The notes under the pieces: generated by a model
What the model was told of the DNA's origin: nothing
Seen by the model: the letters and a program-made list of their open reading frames with translations, nothing else
Databases searched by the model: none
Origin: Paramoeba atlantica
Taxonomy: Eukaryota; Protista; Discosea
NCBI GenBank assembly: GCA_977017575.1
Contig: CDRNVI010000140.1
Location: 248,001-312,000 of the forward strand
Length of the DNA: 64,000 nucleotides
Direction of reading: 5' to 3'
Made by a program: the position numbers and the translations under genes
In this document: piece by piece, positions 62,745 to 64,000 of the stretch
How the letters are laid out: every line of letters begins with the position of its first letter
How positions within the stretch are numbered: position 1 is the first letter of the stretch

Positions 62745-64000
62745 TCAGTGTTCATGGACTAATTCAGTCAATCCACCTGAGGAGTTTGTTCGAAAGGATT
62801 TCTTTAGCGAAACTGGAGCAGAAGATGAGATTTTTGCTCCGCATAAATCACTCTTTGGATCATCCAAATCTCGAGAATCTCGAGAATCTCGAGAAGGAGG
62901 ATTCAAAGTCGTTCCACTCTTCTTTCTAGTTATCCTTTCACTTAAGTCATATCTTTCACTTTTTTCACTTAAATCATAATAATACGAATCTTCATTTTCA
63001 TCGTTTGTAAGATGAAGTTGACTCTCACTTTGATGCACACGACTTGGACGAAAGGCCAGAGCAGGAGATCTTTGGCTCGCAATCCCAGGTTTGGCTCCAC
63101 CACCATAAGTGGTTCTCTTTTTCAAGTGGCGATGTCCAATAATGAATTGATGCCATTCCTGAAAAAAAAATAATCCTTATTTTTAGGGGAAAAAAAGGTG
63201 AGAAAATGGAGAAAGTTACCTTCCAATCTTGGGTCAATTCTGTTTCGATCTTCAAAGGAAAGTTCCCTGAAGCTAATTGAGCTTTATCTTTTGTTTGAAT
63301 TACAATCCGATTTCTTTTTGGGTTTTCGGAGATTCGAATCCCTTTTAGAGAGATCACCTGTTTTTTTTTCACATAAGAAAATATCCTTTCTTCCACAAGA
63401 ATAACGTCTTACATCTATGTTCTCTTCTACTCCGCCCCCCAAAAATAGATCAAGAAGAAATATACCATGGAAGCTTCAGTATCGGCCTCTGATTTAAAGA
63501 TATGGAGACAACGATCATTGAGCACAACCCATCTTCTTGAAAAAAGTACCCAAGAATGTGCTTTGATCTTTTTTTGGTGGAAGTTTTAGTCAAAATAAAA
63601 AATGTAAAAGAGAAAGGAGCAAGAAACAAAAAAAAAAAAAAGATTACATTGACCCAACCCCTCTTAAGCGCTTTTGGGAAGACAGAGTTTTTCTTCATTT
63701 TGATTTCATTTTCCACAATGTCATCGTACATTGATTCAAGGAGCTCACTAAAAGGGAGAGTGGAGAGAGAGAGAGAGAGAGAGTGGGCAATGAGTAAAGA
63801 AAGGAATGAAAGAAAATGAAATGAAAAAATACCTTGGAAGATCTTCACCTTCATTTATTCCGCGATTATTCTTCAAAAATTGGTCTTTCTTCATTTTATG
63901 TTTGACCTAATAAAAGAACAAATTGAAAACAATCCACAAAAGAAAAATAGAAATCATCAGAGTTCAAAAGAGAGAGTACCTGTGGGTTGTGTGCGTCTGT
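62745..64000 (-). CDS. 3' part of a Sec7 + PH domain ARF guanine-nucleotide exchange factor (cytohesin-like); the 5' end lies beyond the window
   Basis: TDAHNPQ / VKHKMKKDQFLKNNRGINEGEDLP / ELLESMYDDIVENEIKM (Sec7 end); KRGWV / LKLPP..TFSRRWVVLNDRCLHIFKSE (PH); low-complexity tail to the stop at 62745. Confidence 0.85.

Noticed and set aside
1-64000. tRNA or rRNA genes
   Set aside because: No cloverleaf with A/B boxes and no rRNA-like sequence was recognised

Overview
AT-rich, intron-dense eukaryotic genomic DNA from a protist-like organism (possibly an amoebozoan; inference only), with GT-AG introns built largely from TC/GA and AT microsatellites. The left half (1-36 kb) holds single-copy genes: a small unknown ORF; a ~10.5 kb multi-exon DUF924 + TilS-like PP-loop ATPase gene whose introns carry a 5'-truncated RNase H-bearing LINE (18-bp TSD) and two decayed retroelement gag remnants; a PDI/thioredoxin-like membrane protein ending in a SHOCT-like motif; a secreted kelch protein; an ERp29-like protein; a cytochrome b5-like protein; CCT3; an intronless importin alpha; a GH116/GBA2 glucosylceramidase that splices in frame into a degenerate Rho-like domain with a CAAX box; GTP cyclohydrolase I; and a C2-domain metacaspase. 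The right half (36.3-62.7 kb) is an array of 11 apparently intact 4-exon Smoothened/Frizzled-like (class F) receptor genes arranged +, six -, four +. Their CRD/linker is homogenised, their ECL2/ECL3 loops are hypervariable, modules are shuffled between copies, and one copy has a solo LTR in its promoter. The window ends in the 3' part of a Sec7-PH ARF-GEF. All gene models were traced by hand from splice motifs and reading phase; no database searches were run.
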